The notes under the pieces: generated by a model
Told to the model about the DNA's origin: nothing
The model's input: the letters and a program-made list of their open reading frames with translations, nothing else
Database searches by the model: none
Program-made: the position numbers and the translations under genes
Virus record (IMG/VR): IMGVR_UViG_3300026097_000002
Length of the DNA stretch: 64,000 bases
Source: an uncultured virus (IMG/VR IMGVR_UViG_3300026097_000002)
Lineage: Duplodnaviria; Heunggongvirae; Uroviricota; Caudoviricetes; Crassvirales
Direction: 5' to 3' (one strand)
Part shown: one piece after another, positions 31,001 through 39,648 of the stretch
Layout: each line of letters begins with the position of its first letter
How positions within the stretch are numbered: position 1 is the first letter of the stretch

Positions 31001-34000
31001 AATCGCTCCAGATGTACAGTTCCTGGTCTATGAAACAGAGCAAGAGTATACCAGAGCAACAGGTAACACCGCCTCAGGATCTTACGACCCTATCACAAGG
31101 GTGGTGAGCATAAATAAGCAGAAAGCTAACGGAAGAACCGTGGCTCACGAAGCATTCCACGCCATACTTACTAACTACGTTAAGACCGATGCAGAAGCTA
31201 AGGCTCTTACGGAGAAGATGATAAAGGCGGTATCTAGAAACGCTCCGTTCGAGCTCAAGGAGTACCTTAATGAGTTCGCTGCTGACTACGATAACAATAT
31301 TCAGTCTGAAGAAAAATTAGCTGAGCTCGTAGGTAAGTTAGCTGATGAGTATACATCGCTTCCCACAAACACGCAGAGCACCATCAAGAGATGGTTAGAT
31401 AGCATAGCAAAAGCACTTGGACTTGTACAGTTCACAGATGCTGAGGTTATAGATGTATTAAACACCATATCAGGTAAGCTAGCTGCTGGAGAAGAGATCG
31501 CGTTCGAAGATATAGATGTGCTAGGTGATCCTAAGACCATAGGTGCTAAGATGGCTAAACGATTCCAGGCCAACTTCAAGGACCCTATAAGCGGACTTTC
31601 ATTTATATACGATAAGAACTCAGAGCGATTTAAGTCACTAGAGGAGCAGGGATTCATTACAAGAGATAGAAGCTTAGCTGACTTTGATGGGGATATATTG
31701 ATGCTACATCAACCTGATGCGGCGTTCTCTGGGACCATAATGAAAGGTGATGAGGTCATCGTCGAAGGTAAGGGTGGTATATTCTATCCTATCAAGTTCC
31801 ACGATGAAGGTTTCTTCTGGGCGAGCACTGAAAGAGCTGCTAACAAGATGGCTAAGGATCTCAATGAGATCTACGAAAGAAATAACGGTAGAGTGCTTAT
31901 GGCACTCACCTCAGCTCCTTATGATAAGCTGCTTTATAATACTACTATGTCTAATGCAGTTGTAGACTTTTTTATGTCAAAGGCTGTAGACAGAAGGTTC
32001 AAGATAAAGAAAGATGAGGTGCGAAAAGGCATCATCGAAGCATCAAACAAAACACTTGAGGTAAGTGATAGAACCACTGGTCTAGGTCTTAACATAAAGA
32101 AAAGCGAGAACGTAAACGATGTGTTAGTTCAGGTAAGAGAGAAACTTCCATCAGCAACCTTTGCCGATAGAAAGGTCTTCGTTAACTCTCTTATTTCAAA
32201 TATGGTAGACTTCATAAACAACAATGAGGTCTCTGTTAAACAGTTCGGAGAGATATTCAGTACAGGCATACAGAACAAGTACTTCAAGGGTATCAGTAAG
32301 ACAGGTAAGGTAAGGATATCTACAGCCAATATGATACAGGCTATATCTGAGATGTTCACTGAGCCTATACTAAAAGAAGGAGTAAGAAGAAATACAGGGG
32401 GACAGGTATACGCTATACTAGAGCTAAATGGTAGAGTAAAAGCGGTGGACTCTGACGCTCATGAATCTTATCCTAGAGCTATACAGTCTGAGGAGGGTCA
32501 GAAAACAGTTGTACATATCCTTAAAGATAGACTCGACTGGAACGACAACTTCATAGATCCTGAAACAGGTCAGGCTATACCAAAAGAATCTGAGCTAAGA
32601 ATATATCCTCCAAGCGTAGGTATGTCCGTAAAAGGGCTTCAGCTTAAGGTAAGAGAGCAGGTATCAAACGTAAGACAGGTAGTTAGAACAGCTAAAGCTA
32701 ATGGTATATCTGACGAATCTATTCTTAAATACCTAGCTGACAACAAGCTTGACGTAAGAGAAGGTGTCGAGATACTAGATCGCATCAATCAGGAGCAGAG
32801 AAGAGCTAAACAGAAGGCAGAAGGACTATTCGATCCATCTAGAAATGTAGTCGTTAACTTCCTAGACAACGTATACAAGACGTGGATGTCTGGTAGAGGA
32901 TACAGACCACTATCTATGCAGACCTTATCTGAGTACAAGGAAGGAGCTATAGAGGCTGAGATACGTATAGCCAGAAAGAACGTAAAGAGGATAGAGAACG
33001 CTATAAAAGGTGATAAGGATCCTAAGAAGATCATCAGCGCTATAGACGCGTTTATGCGCGGAGAGCAGGATCACGGTGTGCCAGATGCTATGATACCTAT
33101 GGTATCGGATATGCGTAGACACCTAGACAATCTTTCTAAGAAGCTTGTGGACTCAGGAGCTATTCCTTCTACAGAATCTAGACAGAATATCATAAATAAC
33201 CTAGGATCTTATCTTAATAGGTCTTATGAGATATTCGATAACAAGAACTACGCTAAGAAAGTAACCAACCAAGTAAAGCAAGCTGCTAAGAATAAGCTTA
33301 GAGATATATATAGAGAGTATGCTGAGACCGAGTCACTAAGATCTGGTGTACCTGTAGATATCGTTCTAGAAAGAAGGGTAGATAGAGCGATCGATGAGAT
33401 CCTTAATCAAGACGAGGGTAACGAGTTCGTTATGAAGTCTAAGCTTGGATCGAAGAATCTTAAGCCACTTGAACAGCGTAAGGATATACCTGCTGAGATC
33501 AGAGCTCTTATGGGAGAGTATGGCGATCCTGCTATGAACTACGTAAGAAGTATCCAGAAGGTAGCTTCTATCATAGCTAGTCAGAACTATCAGAAGCAGC
33601 TTAGAAAAGAAGGTGAAGGCGTATATCTATTCACCGAGCCAACGGGTATATATAATGTAAAGATAGCTGGAGAGTCTTCTAAGAGTATGGATATCTTAGC
33701 TGGTATGTATACCACCAAGGATGTCGCAGAGGCTATGACGGCTAGCGGAATAATAGATGTCAACCTTAGAAAAGCTCAACCTATATATGACTACTACCTT
33801 AAATCTGTAGGAGCGGTTAAGTACACTAAGACCATCTTATCATTAGGTACTCACGCTAAGAACATCATAGGTAACATACCTTTTATGATCGCCAACGGTA
33901 ACTTTAGTTTCAAAGCATTCAACGAAGCTATCAACGTTTTAAGGGCTGAGTACAGTAAGGATGGCGGTCAAGAGCTCCTTAATAAGATGGACGAGTACAC

Positions 34001-35333
34001 AAGGCTCGGTATCATCAATCAGAGCACCACACTTAACGAGGTAAAAGAACTTCTGTCCTCTGGAAAAACATTCGAGGATGTGATGATAGATAGAAGCGCT
34101 CAGAAAGGATGGGATAGGATTGTAACTAAGGGAAGATCATTCTTTGGTATGGCTCAGAAAGCATATCAGGTAGAGGATGACTTCTTCAAGATCGCCGCAT
34201 ATGAATCAGAGAAAGTTAAGTACGCTAAAGCTTTATTCAAGAAGAACCCTAACCAGCTTACAGAAGCTGAATCAAAAGAGGTTTCGGATAAAGCAGCAGC
34301 TATCGTAAAGAATACGCTACCTAACTACGGAAGAATAGGTGGATACGTGAAGCTATTGAAAGCTATACCTATCGCAGGTACCTTTATCTCGTTCACCTCT
34401 GAATCTGTACGTACATCTTACAATACCATAGATCTTACGATGAAGGAGATCGCTGATCCTAAGACCAGGGCTATAGGTATAAACAGGTTAGCTGGTATAA
34501 TGGCACTAGCCGCTGTGAAGGCGGGTATCGTAGTTCTTTGGGGAATGAACTCTGGAGATGATGAGGAAGAAAGCTTAGATCAGGCACGTAAGTTCTTGCC
34601 ATTCTGGGATGAATATTCAACCATAGCTCCTACAGAGATCAAGGACGGAGTGTTTAAGTACAGAAGTATTAGCGCATCTGATCCTCATGGATATATGACC
34701 AAGGTTTTCAATGCCTATTACTCTAGCGATAGTTTTAGAGAGGGTCTTATAAATGCTCTAGGAGAAGCTGCTGAGCCTTGGACAAACCCAGATATATTAT
34801 TCTCTCAGTTGACCGAAATGATCTCTAACAGAGACGGAAACGGAAGGCCTATATTTAAAGAAGGAGACACCAGCGAAGAGATTACTGAGAAGGTGTTGTC
34901 TAGGATATGGAAGACCTATGAACCTGGTACCATCACCTCCGCAAAAAAGATAGCTAAGTCAGAGAACCCCGGTAACGAAGTAATAGGTCAGTTTACTGGA
35001 TTTAAGGAGCACAGTGTAGACGTACTAGATGTACTTGGATATAAGTCATATGATATAAGAGACAGGGCTTACGAATCTTCATCAGACTACTCTAGAGCAA
35101 AAAGACAATACGAGAGAGGAGAGATAACGATAGAGCAAAGAAATGAGGTATACGATAGGGTCAACGAGAAGTGGAAGAACGTATACGATGAAGCTATCGA
35201 GCACTACAACGGAGCGCTTTACTTCGGTATAGATGAGAGAGATGTACAGCAGAAGATGCTTGACTCTCGCATACCTAAGTACGTACTTAGAGGTATTATC
35301 TTAGGTGAGATACCTGATATGCCTTACGACTAG
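28020..35333 (+). CDS. Giant polyvalent internal virion protein (2437 aa)
   Basis: Gly/Ala-rich N-terminal helices, HDFFGH...GEE..W..H domain, HEAFH...EEKLAE zincin-like motif, C-terminal DDFFK..PNY..FISF region. Confidence 0.7.
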   Translation: MNEEILKKLYESATSVFDMPNYDQFVLDMQDETKLDVFRNSMSEHYDMPEMNQLKADLGFVKKKEDTELPSEDGLSEPQDSEFVKKFKSTGLATLSNITRIPSYLQEQVITVAAAFDPELKKTLDEMSFEERERTFETMANISGQFAAGTAAREASENLRVRSNEIAETFKQYDQTITEDIADLKLGQATARLFSEVGGAIPSIMQAFIPGVGIASIAAGTAAEKSRELQEEGADLGLKTSATAALYGAAEGALETVTRGIGKKFFKSLAGKSSEFIEGTLNSFFKETAKDFALEGSSELGTELLQNLTDLAIQGDEEAFDKKWQEYADIFIIGGLATAPISGATQGANITRQTLQKRAIDRKLETSKYDDLVDMFSNPEVDQDTEDLAVPQTKKFLKFQLDQKVLDGDITREDADKALKNYEDATYIKNEFSGLEIPTENRSKVAALLLEKRDLKSKIAGKEPALVSKEIERFQSIDGEIKSLLEAAPAVAETEIEQAAPAVAPTVTQQAPQTVEEALNRPVTLTSLGGSALETPIEGDLYVEGQQVVVEDEAGNITELGNVDEISSSTLESIGIQVAEPAVKPMTDGNLMFEDRLLISDKKGIKRNKRGEISRVTLREEGGAFVTLRGANAEQAAYQILLREATSPEQAEFINQQLEQDEEFQNEFREATEPTAPEAAQVPQQVAGNRLRNEPLPDATRISDKLAERTGRDRPRTENLKRLDEEKSKRISDAFDALTETPADPRTVESYEALANETLEQYQSIIDEGYSVIIDNAEPYENSQDMISDLRDNKRMKIFSTEAGFGDTAITEEQRASNPMLRDSGLTDANGQPLLVNDVFRFVHDFFGHAKVGNSFGPRGEEIAWQVHSQMYSPTARRAMTTETRGQNSWVNFSGVNDKAFAIRDEARALRAEANRTTDVNEKIRLLEEAKKKTEQAYDTMKFADQKIGLLPDEFVFEEVTQDPIQVEVDKLSDILGTKNVQERVDNAVKALSKIAPDVQFLVYETEQEYTRATGNTASGSYDPITRVVSINKQKANGRTVAHEAFHAILTNYVKTDAEAKALTEKMIKAVSRNAPFELKEYLNEFAADYDNNIQSEEKLAELVGKLADEYTSLPTNTQSTIKRWLDSIAKALGLVQFTDAEVIDVLNTISGKLAAGEEIAFEDIDVLGDPKTIGAKMAKRFQANFKDPISGLSFIYDKNSERFKSLEEQGFITRDRSLADFDGDILMLHQPDAAFSGTIMKGDEVIVEGKGGIFYPIKFHDEGFFWASTERAANKMAKDLNEIYERNNGRVLMALTSAPYDKLLYNTTMSNAVVDFFMSKAVDRRFKIKKDEVRKGIIEASNKTLEVSDRTTGLGLNIKKSENVNDVLVQVREKLPSATFADRKVFVNSLISNMVDFINNNEVSVKQFGEIFSTGIQNKYFKGISKTGKVRISTANMIQAISEMFTEPILKEGVRRNTGGQVYAILELNGRVKAVDSDAHESYPRAIQSEEGQKTVVHILKDRLDWNDNFIDPETGQAIPKESELRIYPPSVGMSVKGLQLKVREQVSNVRQVVRTAKANGISDESILKYLADNKLDVREGVEILDRINQEQRRAKQKAEGLFDPSRNVVVNFLDNVYKTWMSGRGYRPLSMQTLSEYKEGAIEAEIRIARKNVKRIENAIKGDKDPKKIISAIDAFMRGEQDHGVPDAMIPMVSDMRRHLDNLSKKLVDSGAIPSTESRQNIINNLGSYLNRSYEIFDNKNYAKKVTNQVKQAAKNKLRDIYREYAETESLRSGVPVDIVLERRVDRAIDEILNQDEGNEFVMKSKLGSKNLKPLEQRKDIPAEIRALMGEYGDPAMNYVRSIQKVASIIASQNYQKQLRKEGEGVYLFTEPTGIYNVKIAGESSKSMDILAGMYTTKDVAEAMTASGIIDVNLRKAQPIYDYYLKSVGAVKYTKTILSLGTHAKNIIGNIPFMIANGNFSFKAFNEAINVLRAEYSKDGGQELLNKMDEYTRLGIINQSTTLNEVKELLSSGKTFEDVMIDRSAQKGWDRIVTKGRSFFGMAQKAYQVEDDFFKIAAYESEKVKYAKALFKKNPNQLTEAESKEVSDKAAAIVKNTLPNYGRIGGYVKLLKAIPIAGTFISFTSESVRTSYNTIDLTMKEIADPKTRAIGINRLAGIMALAAVKAGIVVLWGMNSGDDEEESLDQARKFLPFWDEYSTIAPTEIKDGVFKYRSISASDPHGYMTKVFNAYYSSDSFREGLINALGEAAEPWTNPDILFSQLTEMISNRDGNGRPIFKEGDTSEEITEKVLSRIWKTYEPGTITSAKKIAKSENPGNEVIGQFTGFKEHSVDVLDVLGYKSYDIRDRAYESSSDYSRAKRQYERGEITIEQRNEVYDRVNEKWKNVYDEAIEHYNGALYFGIDERDVQQKMLDSRIPKYVLRGIILGEIPDMPYD

Positions 35334-35962
35334 CTGTTGTTGTAGAAGTAGTACGGAGAGTTACCGTAGGTACGATCGATGTCCTCTGAGGTCAGTTGCT
35401 CTTTGTATATAGAAAGCCTTGGAGGGTTCTCCTTGTCGTAGGGCACGATGAAGTCTGGGTTGTGCCACCTTAGAAGGTTATTAGGCTGCAAGCAAAAGTT
35501 ACCGTCATCCAGCACTATAAAGTGGTAGCACTTAGAGTCCTGGTCGTTTGAGTAGCCTACATTTATCTCGTTGAGGTCACCCTCGTAGTCGTCTATAGTG
35601 AACACATACCTACCCTTCCTCCAGACCTTATCCCTGCAGAAGACCTCTACAGACTTATTCTGAAGAAACGCAAACGTAGTTACGGCTATGTTGTTAGACT
35701 GGCAGTCCCACGTCTGCAGTAAGGACAACCTCTTCTCCTCATCAACGGAGAGCACGTCATACTCCTCTGAGTGAACGAACGCGCTTATAGGCATATTCCA
35801 GAACACAGCTCCAAACGAAGACTGAAAGTGGAAGTGCAGCGGCCTGTTAAGCATAGACTTAACGCCAAATATATACCCCTCGGTCAGGCCATCGCTATCC
35901 TTGATGTACTCGTTTCGTATGTATGCCTGAATGTATGGTGTATTCGCGTTAAGCTGCGCCAT
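35330..35962 (-). CDS. Conserved phage protein of unknown function
   Basis: LNANTP...GAVFWNMPISAF...WDC...LDDGNFCLQPNN pattern recalled from marine phages; stop overlaps the convergent gene at CTAG. Confidence 0.7.
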   Translation of the reverse strand: MAQLNANTPYIQAYIRNEYIKDSDGLTEGYIFGVKSMLNRPLHFHFQSSFGAVFWNMPISAFVHSEEYDVLSVDEEKRLSLLQTWDCQSNNIAVTTFAFLQNKSVEVFCRDKVWRKGRYVFTIDDYEGDLNEINVGYSNDQDSKCYHFIVLDDGNFCLQPNNLLRWHNPDFIVPYDKENPPRLSIYKEQLTSEDIDRTYGNSPYYFYNNS

Positions 35963-37092
35963 TAAAATAGGTGTGTTAGTCGGGCTATCTGCCCGTGGTT
36001 CTTGTCGTGAATGAATCCTTCAACAGCCTTAGGGGCGTGCTGATACCCGTTTCTATGATGCCACCCGTCTGTTCCGCTTGGGCTGCGTAAGCTCTCTATG
36101 GTTACGCCTATGTCGTCCTTAACGATCTTATGGTGCACGTGGTGCGTGTACACGTAACGCTTCTGGTTCTTACCACCTAACCACCTGTCGCACTCCACAG
36201 ACATAAGCTTACCTAGGTCCTGCCACTTCGCTCCGTCGCCGTGCGTCGTGCAGATCAGGTTGTCTCCGTAGGTGTAGTACTTACGGTGAGCGATGCTCAC
36301 ATCGAAGGTAATGTTCTCACAGGTCCTGTACCACGTCTGAATAGAGTCGGCTAAAAAGAACCCGTGGGTGTAGTCGTGGTTCGATGGGTTGTACATGAAG
36401 TGTACGTCAGCGATGGTCATCAGCCTGTCTATCACGTCGATGTAAAGCTTCTTGGCGATCAAAAAGTTGTCGTACCACATCCCATCTGTGTCCTGCGGTG
36501 TGCCAGAGGTAGTTGTTCGTCTCGGCGAGTCGATGTGTAGGACGTCGTTTCCTGCCACGAAAACTATCTGGTCTATATCGAACCCCTTAGACTTCTCGAT
36601 AATGCCTTCAACACCCTCTAAAACGCGTTTTACGGCTATCTGGTTGTTGTAGTCCTCGCCCGTCTCGAAAGATGAAGCAAGTTTACCGATATGAATGTCT
36701 GCCGGATCGATCACCAGCAGGTTACCTAACCCTTTATGCTCCCTAACTATCTTAGGGTACGTAAATGTGTGACTCTCTACAGCGTCTATGTGGTCCTTGA
36801 GCATCTCCTCAAAGGTTGGACCGTTACTCTCAGCCTTGAAAGCTATCGACCAGTGCTTGCCCTTGTACCATCCGTGCTGTACGTTCTCTATAGGTATCCC
36901 TATCGACTCACACTCCTTTGCTAGCGCTGGGTTGTTCTTCTCAGCGTCAAGCCTCTTGTTCCAGTACCACACGATATTGTATAGCGCGTGGTAGCTCTTG
37001 TCGTAGAGGCCGCTGTCTTGTATTGATTTTGCTACCTTAGCTGGTGTTTGTCCAGCCCTTAGCATCTCAATCGCTTCTTGTTTAAATTTCAT
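35962..37092 (-). CDS. Calcineurin-like metallophosphoesterase with N-terminal HTH-like region
   Basis: DIHIG, GNDVLH, SNHD, THGD, HHVHH motifs. Confidence 0.8.
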   Translation of the reverse strand: MKFKQEAIEMLRAGQTPAKVAKSIQDSGLYDKSYHALYNIVWYWNKRLDAEKNNPALAKECESIGIPIENVQHGWYKGKHWSIAFKAESNGPTFEEMLKDHIDAVESHTFTYPKIVREHKGLGNLLVIDPADIHIGKLASSFETGEDYNNQIAVKRVLEGVEGIIEKSKGFDIDQIVFVAGNDVLHIDSPRRTTTSGTPQDTDGMWYDNFLIAKKLYIDVIDRLMTIADVHFMYNPSNHDYTHGFFLADSIQTWYRTCENITFDVSIAHRKYYTYGDNLICTTHGDGAKWQDLGKLMSVECDRWLGGKNQKRYVYTHHVHHKIVKDDIGVTIESLRSPSGTDGWHHRNGYQHAPKAVEGFIHDKNHGQIARLTHLF

Positions 37093-37261
37093 TGGATATA
37101 GATTTCCTGATGTAGTCTACCAGATCCGATAGCTTTCTCAGATTGTACTCAACAGAAGGGAAGTCCTGATCACACAGCGCCTCGTAGATATCGTCGCACA
37201 CGCCGTGAAGCTCACCCATAAGGATGTTAATTCTTTTTAGTCTGTCTTGTTCGTAGCTCAT
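37082..37261 (-). CDS. 59-aa hypothetical protein (not in ORF track)
   Basis: MSYEQDRLKRINILMGELHGVCDDIYEALCD...; TAACTTTG box at 37271-37278 (minus). Confidence 0.65.
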   Translation of the reverse strand: MSYEQDRLKRINILMGELHGVCDDIYEALCDQDFPSVEYNLRKLSDLVDYIRKSISNEI

Positions 37262-37311
37262 TATGTATCACAAAGTTATTAACTATTGTGACCCAGATTA
37301 CAGTAAAGATA

Positions 37312-37635
37312 TTAACACTCTGTTGATAACTTAGGATCGATCCAAGCACCCTCAGATACAAACTCTAGGAACATGTTCAGGTCGATCTCAAATACATCGT
37401 AGACCACAACGTCTGTGGGTGTCTCGTATATAATAGTAGCAGCGAAGTAGTAGTCCTCCTCAACCACGAAGGCTACGGTCTTGGTCTTTACCACGTCGTA
37501 GTCCGGCTTAACGTAAGATAGCGCGTCGATGATGTTCCACTTCATATCGTGCCAGTCCTCGTTTAGGTACGAGTCGGCAAAGTAAGAGACGGTAATCGAA
37601 TCAATCGCCTCTATAGACTTCTGTTGTAAATCCAT
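37312..37635 (-). CDS. Acidic hypothetical protein (start uncertain)
   Basis: ORF fills the gap in the operon. Confidence 0.6.
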   Translation of the reverse strand: MDLQQKSIEAIDSITVSYFADSYLNEDWHDMKWNIIDALSYVKPDYDVVKTKTVAFVVEEDYYFAATIIYETPTDVVVYDVFEIDLNMFLEFVSEGAWIDPKLSTEC

Positions 37636-37843
37636 AGCCTTCTAGTTCTTTTAGTCTGTACTGTTGAATAGGGCTAAGCCTGCCCTTCTGGGTCTTTATC
37701 TCTGAAAATATAACGGCAGCGTCAGGTGGTATAGCTAAGACGTCAGGAATCCCGTTCCTGTTTGTCTTTATCAGCTTGATCACATAGTAGCCCTGCTTCT
37801 CGAGCTGGTCTATCCTTTTCTTCTGAATCTGCTGCTCAGTCAT
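37601..37843 (-). CDS. VRR-NUC domain nuclease (resolvase-like)
   Basis: E..IQ...GIPD...FSEIK...GRLSPIQ. Confidence 0.85.
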   Translation of the reverse strand: MTEQQIQKKRIDQLEKQGYYVIKLIKTNRNGIPDVLAIPPDAAVIFSEIKTQKGRLSPIQQYRLKELEGYGFTTEVYRGD

Positions 37844-37844
37844 A

Positions 37845-39083
37845 TTACAAAGATATCAAATCACTTCTAAAATGAGACAGCGTGTAATCTTTTTTGTTGC
37901 TGACCGCCTTGTAGATGCGTTTCTCTATACCGTTGTTAGCGAACACCCAGTATATCTTGTTGTGCTTCCTGTCCTTGGTGGTCATACGATCCCTAGCCTG
38001 CCAGTAGCTGGTAGCGCTGAAGTCGATGTTGTAGAACACGATAAAGTCTGCGTTGCGTAAGGATATACCCTCACGACCGCTAACGATCTGTAAGGCTATG
38101 TGCTTACACTTACCCGAGTCAAAGTCCTCTAGGTTGTCACAGATATCGCTACCGAACACCTTCTTAAGCGCGTTGTACTCCTCCTTGAACTTGTAGAATA
38201 TACCTAGGCGCTCTGTGTCAAACTTCCACCTAATAAACTCAGCCTTGCTGTAGTCAAACACCATACTGTTACCGCTCTCGAACTTAACCGTTCCGCTGTA
38301 CATCTGGTGCAGCTTAGACATAAGCTTAGCGCCTGTATCCGCCAGTATCACCTCGCTAGCGCCCTCTATTACTAGGTTGCGCTTAAGGTTCTTGCACATC
38401 GCGTAGGTGTTGTCCTGCATATCTACGTACAGAACCTCCTCCTCTATGGTCGACTCAAACCCAGCCTGTGACTGCGTGTAGGAGATCGTGTACGGACTCA
38501 TAGCCTCCGTGATCTCAGGTCTACCGTCAGAGTAGTCGTTGATGTTGAACCCGTTGATCTTCTTCTGCGTCACGTTCACGTACTCTGAAGCGAACTTGTA
38601 GAAGTTCTTGTACGCAGAGAACGGGTTGCTAGGTACACCATATACCTGATGGTACATCTGCGAGTAGGACTCCGGAGTAGGGGTGCCTGACAGAAAGATA
38701 GCGTACGGGTTGTTCACTATCATCAGCTGACGCACTAGCTTCGCTCTGGTGCTCGCCTTAGGGAAAGCTCCTAGCGAGTGTGCCTCGTCTACTATGATCG
38801 TGTGCCACCCCTTCTGAGGTACCTTGTGCAGGCTCTCGTAGTTGATCACCGTCAGTAGGTAGTCCGGAGAAAGCAGATCGTAGTCGCTGACTATAGAAGA
38901 TATAGCCTTCTTCTTGGTGATGAACAGTACCTTAGTACCACTAGCTAGTCTGTTAGTTATTCCCAAACTGGTAAGTGTCTTACCTGTGCGCACCTCCATA
39001 GCGAGGTAGAGCATCCTGTGCTTCTCAAGGATACCCACACCCCTCTCTATGATGTCTTTCTGGTAGTCTCTGAACTCAACCAT
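37845..39083 (-). CDS. SF2 (SNF2-like) helicase
   Basis: RDYQ, RTGKT, INYESL, VDEAH, SGTP, REGISL, QARDR. Confidence 0.85.
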   Translation of the reverse strand: MVEFRDYQKDIIERGVGILEKHRMLYLAMEVRTGKTLTSLGITNRLASGTKVLFITKKKAISSIVSDYDLLSPDYLLTVINYESLHKVPQKGWHTIIVDEAHSLGAFPKASTRAKLVRQLMIVNNPYAIFLSGTPTPESYSQMYHQVYGVPSNPFSAYKNFYKFASEYVNVTQKKINGFNINDYSDGRPEITEAMSPYTISYTQSQAGFESTIEEEVLYVDMQDNTYAMCKNLKRNLVIEGASEVILADTGAKLMSKLHQMYSGTVKFESGNSMVFDYSKAEFIRWKFDTERLGIFYKFKEEYNALKKVFGSDICDNLEDFDSGKCKHIALQIVSGREGISLRNADFIVFYNIDFSATSYWQARDRMTTKDRKHNKIYWVFANNGIEKRIYKAVSNKKDYTLSHFRSDLISL

Positions 39084-39347
39084 TTAATTGTCGCCGTTAA
39101 GAAAATCAATAATAAATACTATATCCTTTAGAAGGAGCTTGTTGGCGTAGTTGGTATTGTGATGCAAGTTATCTGCTACACCCTCTATCATGCGACAAAC
39201 TTGATTTACGACTGAATATTCCATCGCAGAATCACCTAAGATGCCTCTTAACTCTTTTAGCTCCCACAGTGGATCCCGTTCACCATAAGCTTTTAATTGA
39301 ATTCGCTTTAAATTTTCTTCGTTAACTAAATCTAACTTGTTATCCAT
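39084..39347 (-). CDS. Hypothetical protein (AT-richer than neighbours)
   Basis: In-operon ORF. Confidence 0.6.
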   Translation of the reverse strand: MDNKLDLVNEENLKRIQLKAYGERDPLWELKELRGILGDSAMEYSVVNQVCRMIEGVADNLHHNTNYANKLLLKDIVFIIDFLNGDN

Positions 39348-39648
39348 ATTTTTCTTTTAACATTTTATATATAGACGGTAGCGCCGCCTGCGCCTCTTTC
39401 TGTGTCTTGTAGGTGGTAGAAGACTCAATAGAGATACTCTTCTTGAGCCTTCCGTTCACCATCTTCATCTCCTGACCCTCGGTGGTTATACCTCCGCGCT
39501 GTACAACGATCTTGCACTCGTTAGTTACACCGTTGAGTGTACGTACAAACACCTTGAAGTCGTTATCGATGCACCACTTGAAGTTAAGGTACTCCTCGTG
39601 GACCTCTGGGCTTACTCTAAAATACAAGTTCTCCTTCGTGTACGGCAT
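39340..39648 (-). CDS. Hypothetical protein
   Basis: In-operon ORF overlapping the primase end. Confidence 0.6.
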   Translation of the reverse strand: MPYTKENLYFRVSPEVHEEYLNFKWCIDNDFKVFVRTLNGVTNECKIVVQRGGITTEGQEMKMVNGRLKKSISIESSTTYKTQKEAQAALPSIYKMLKEKYG

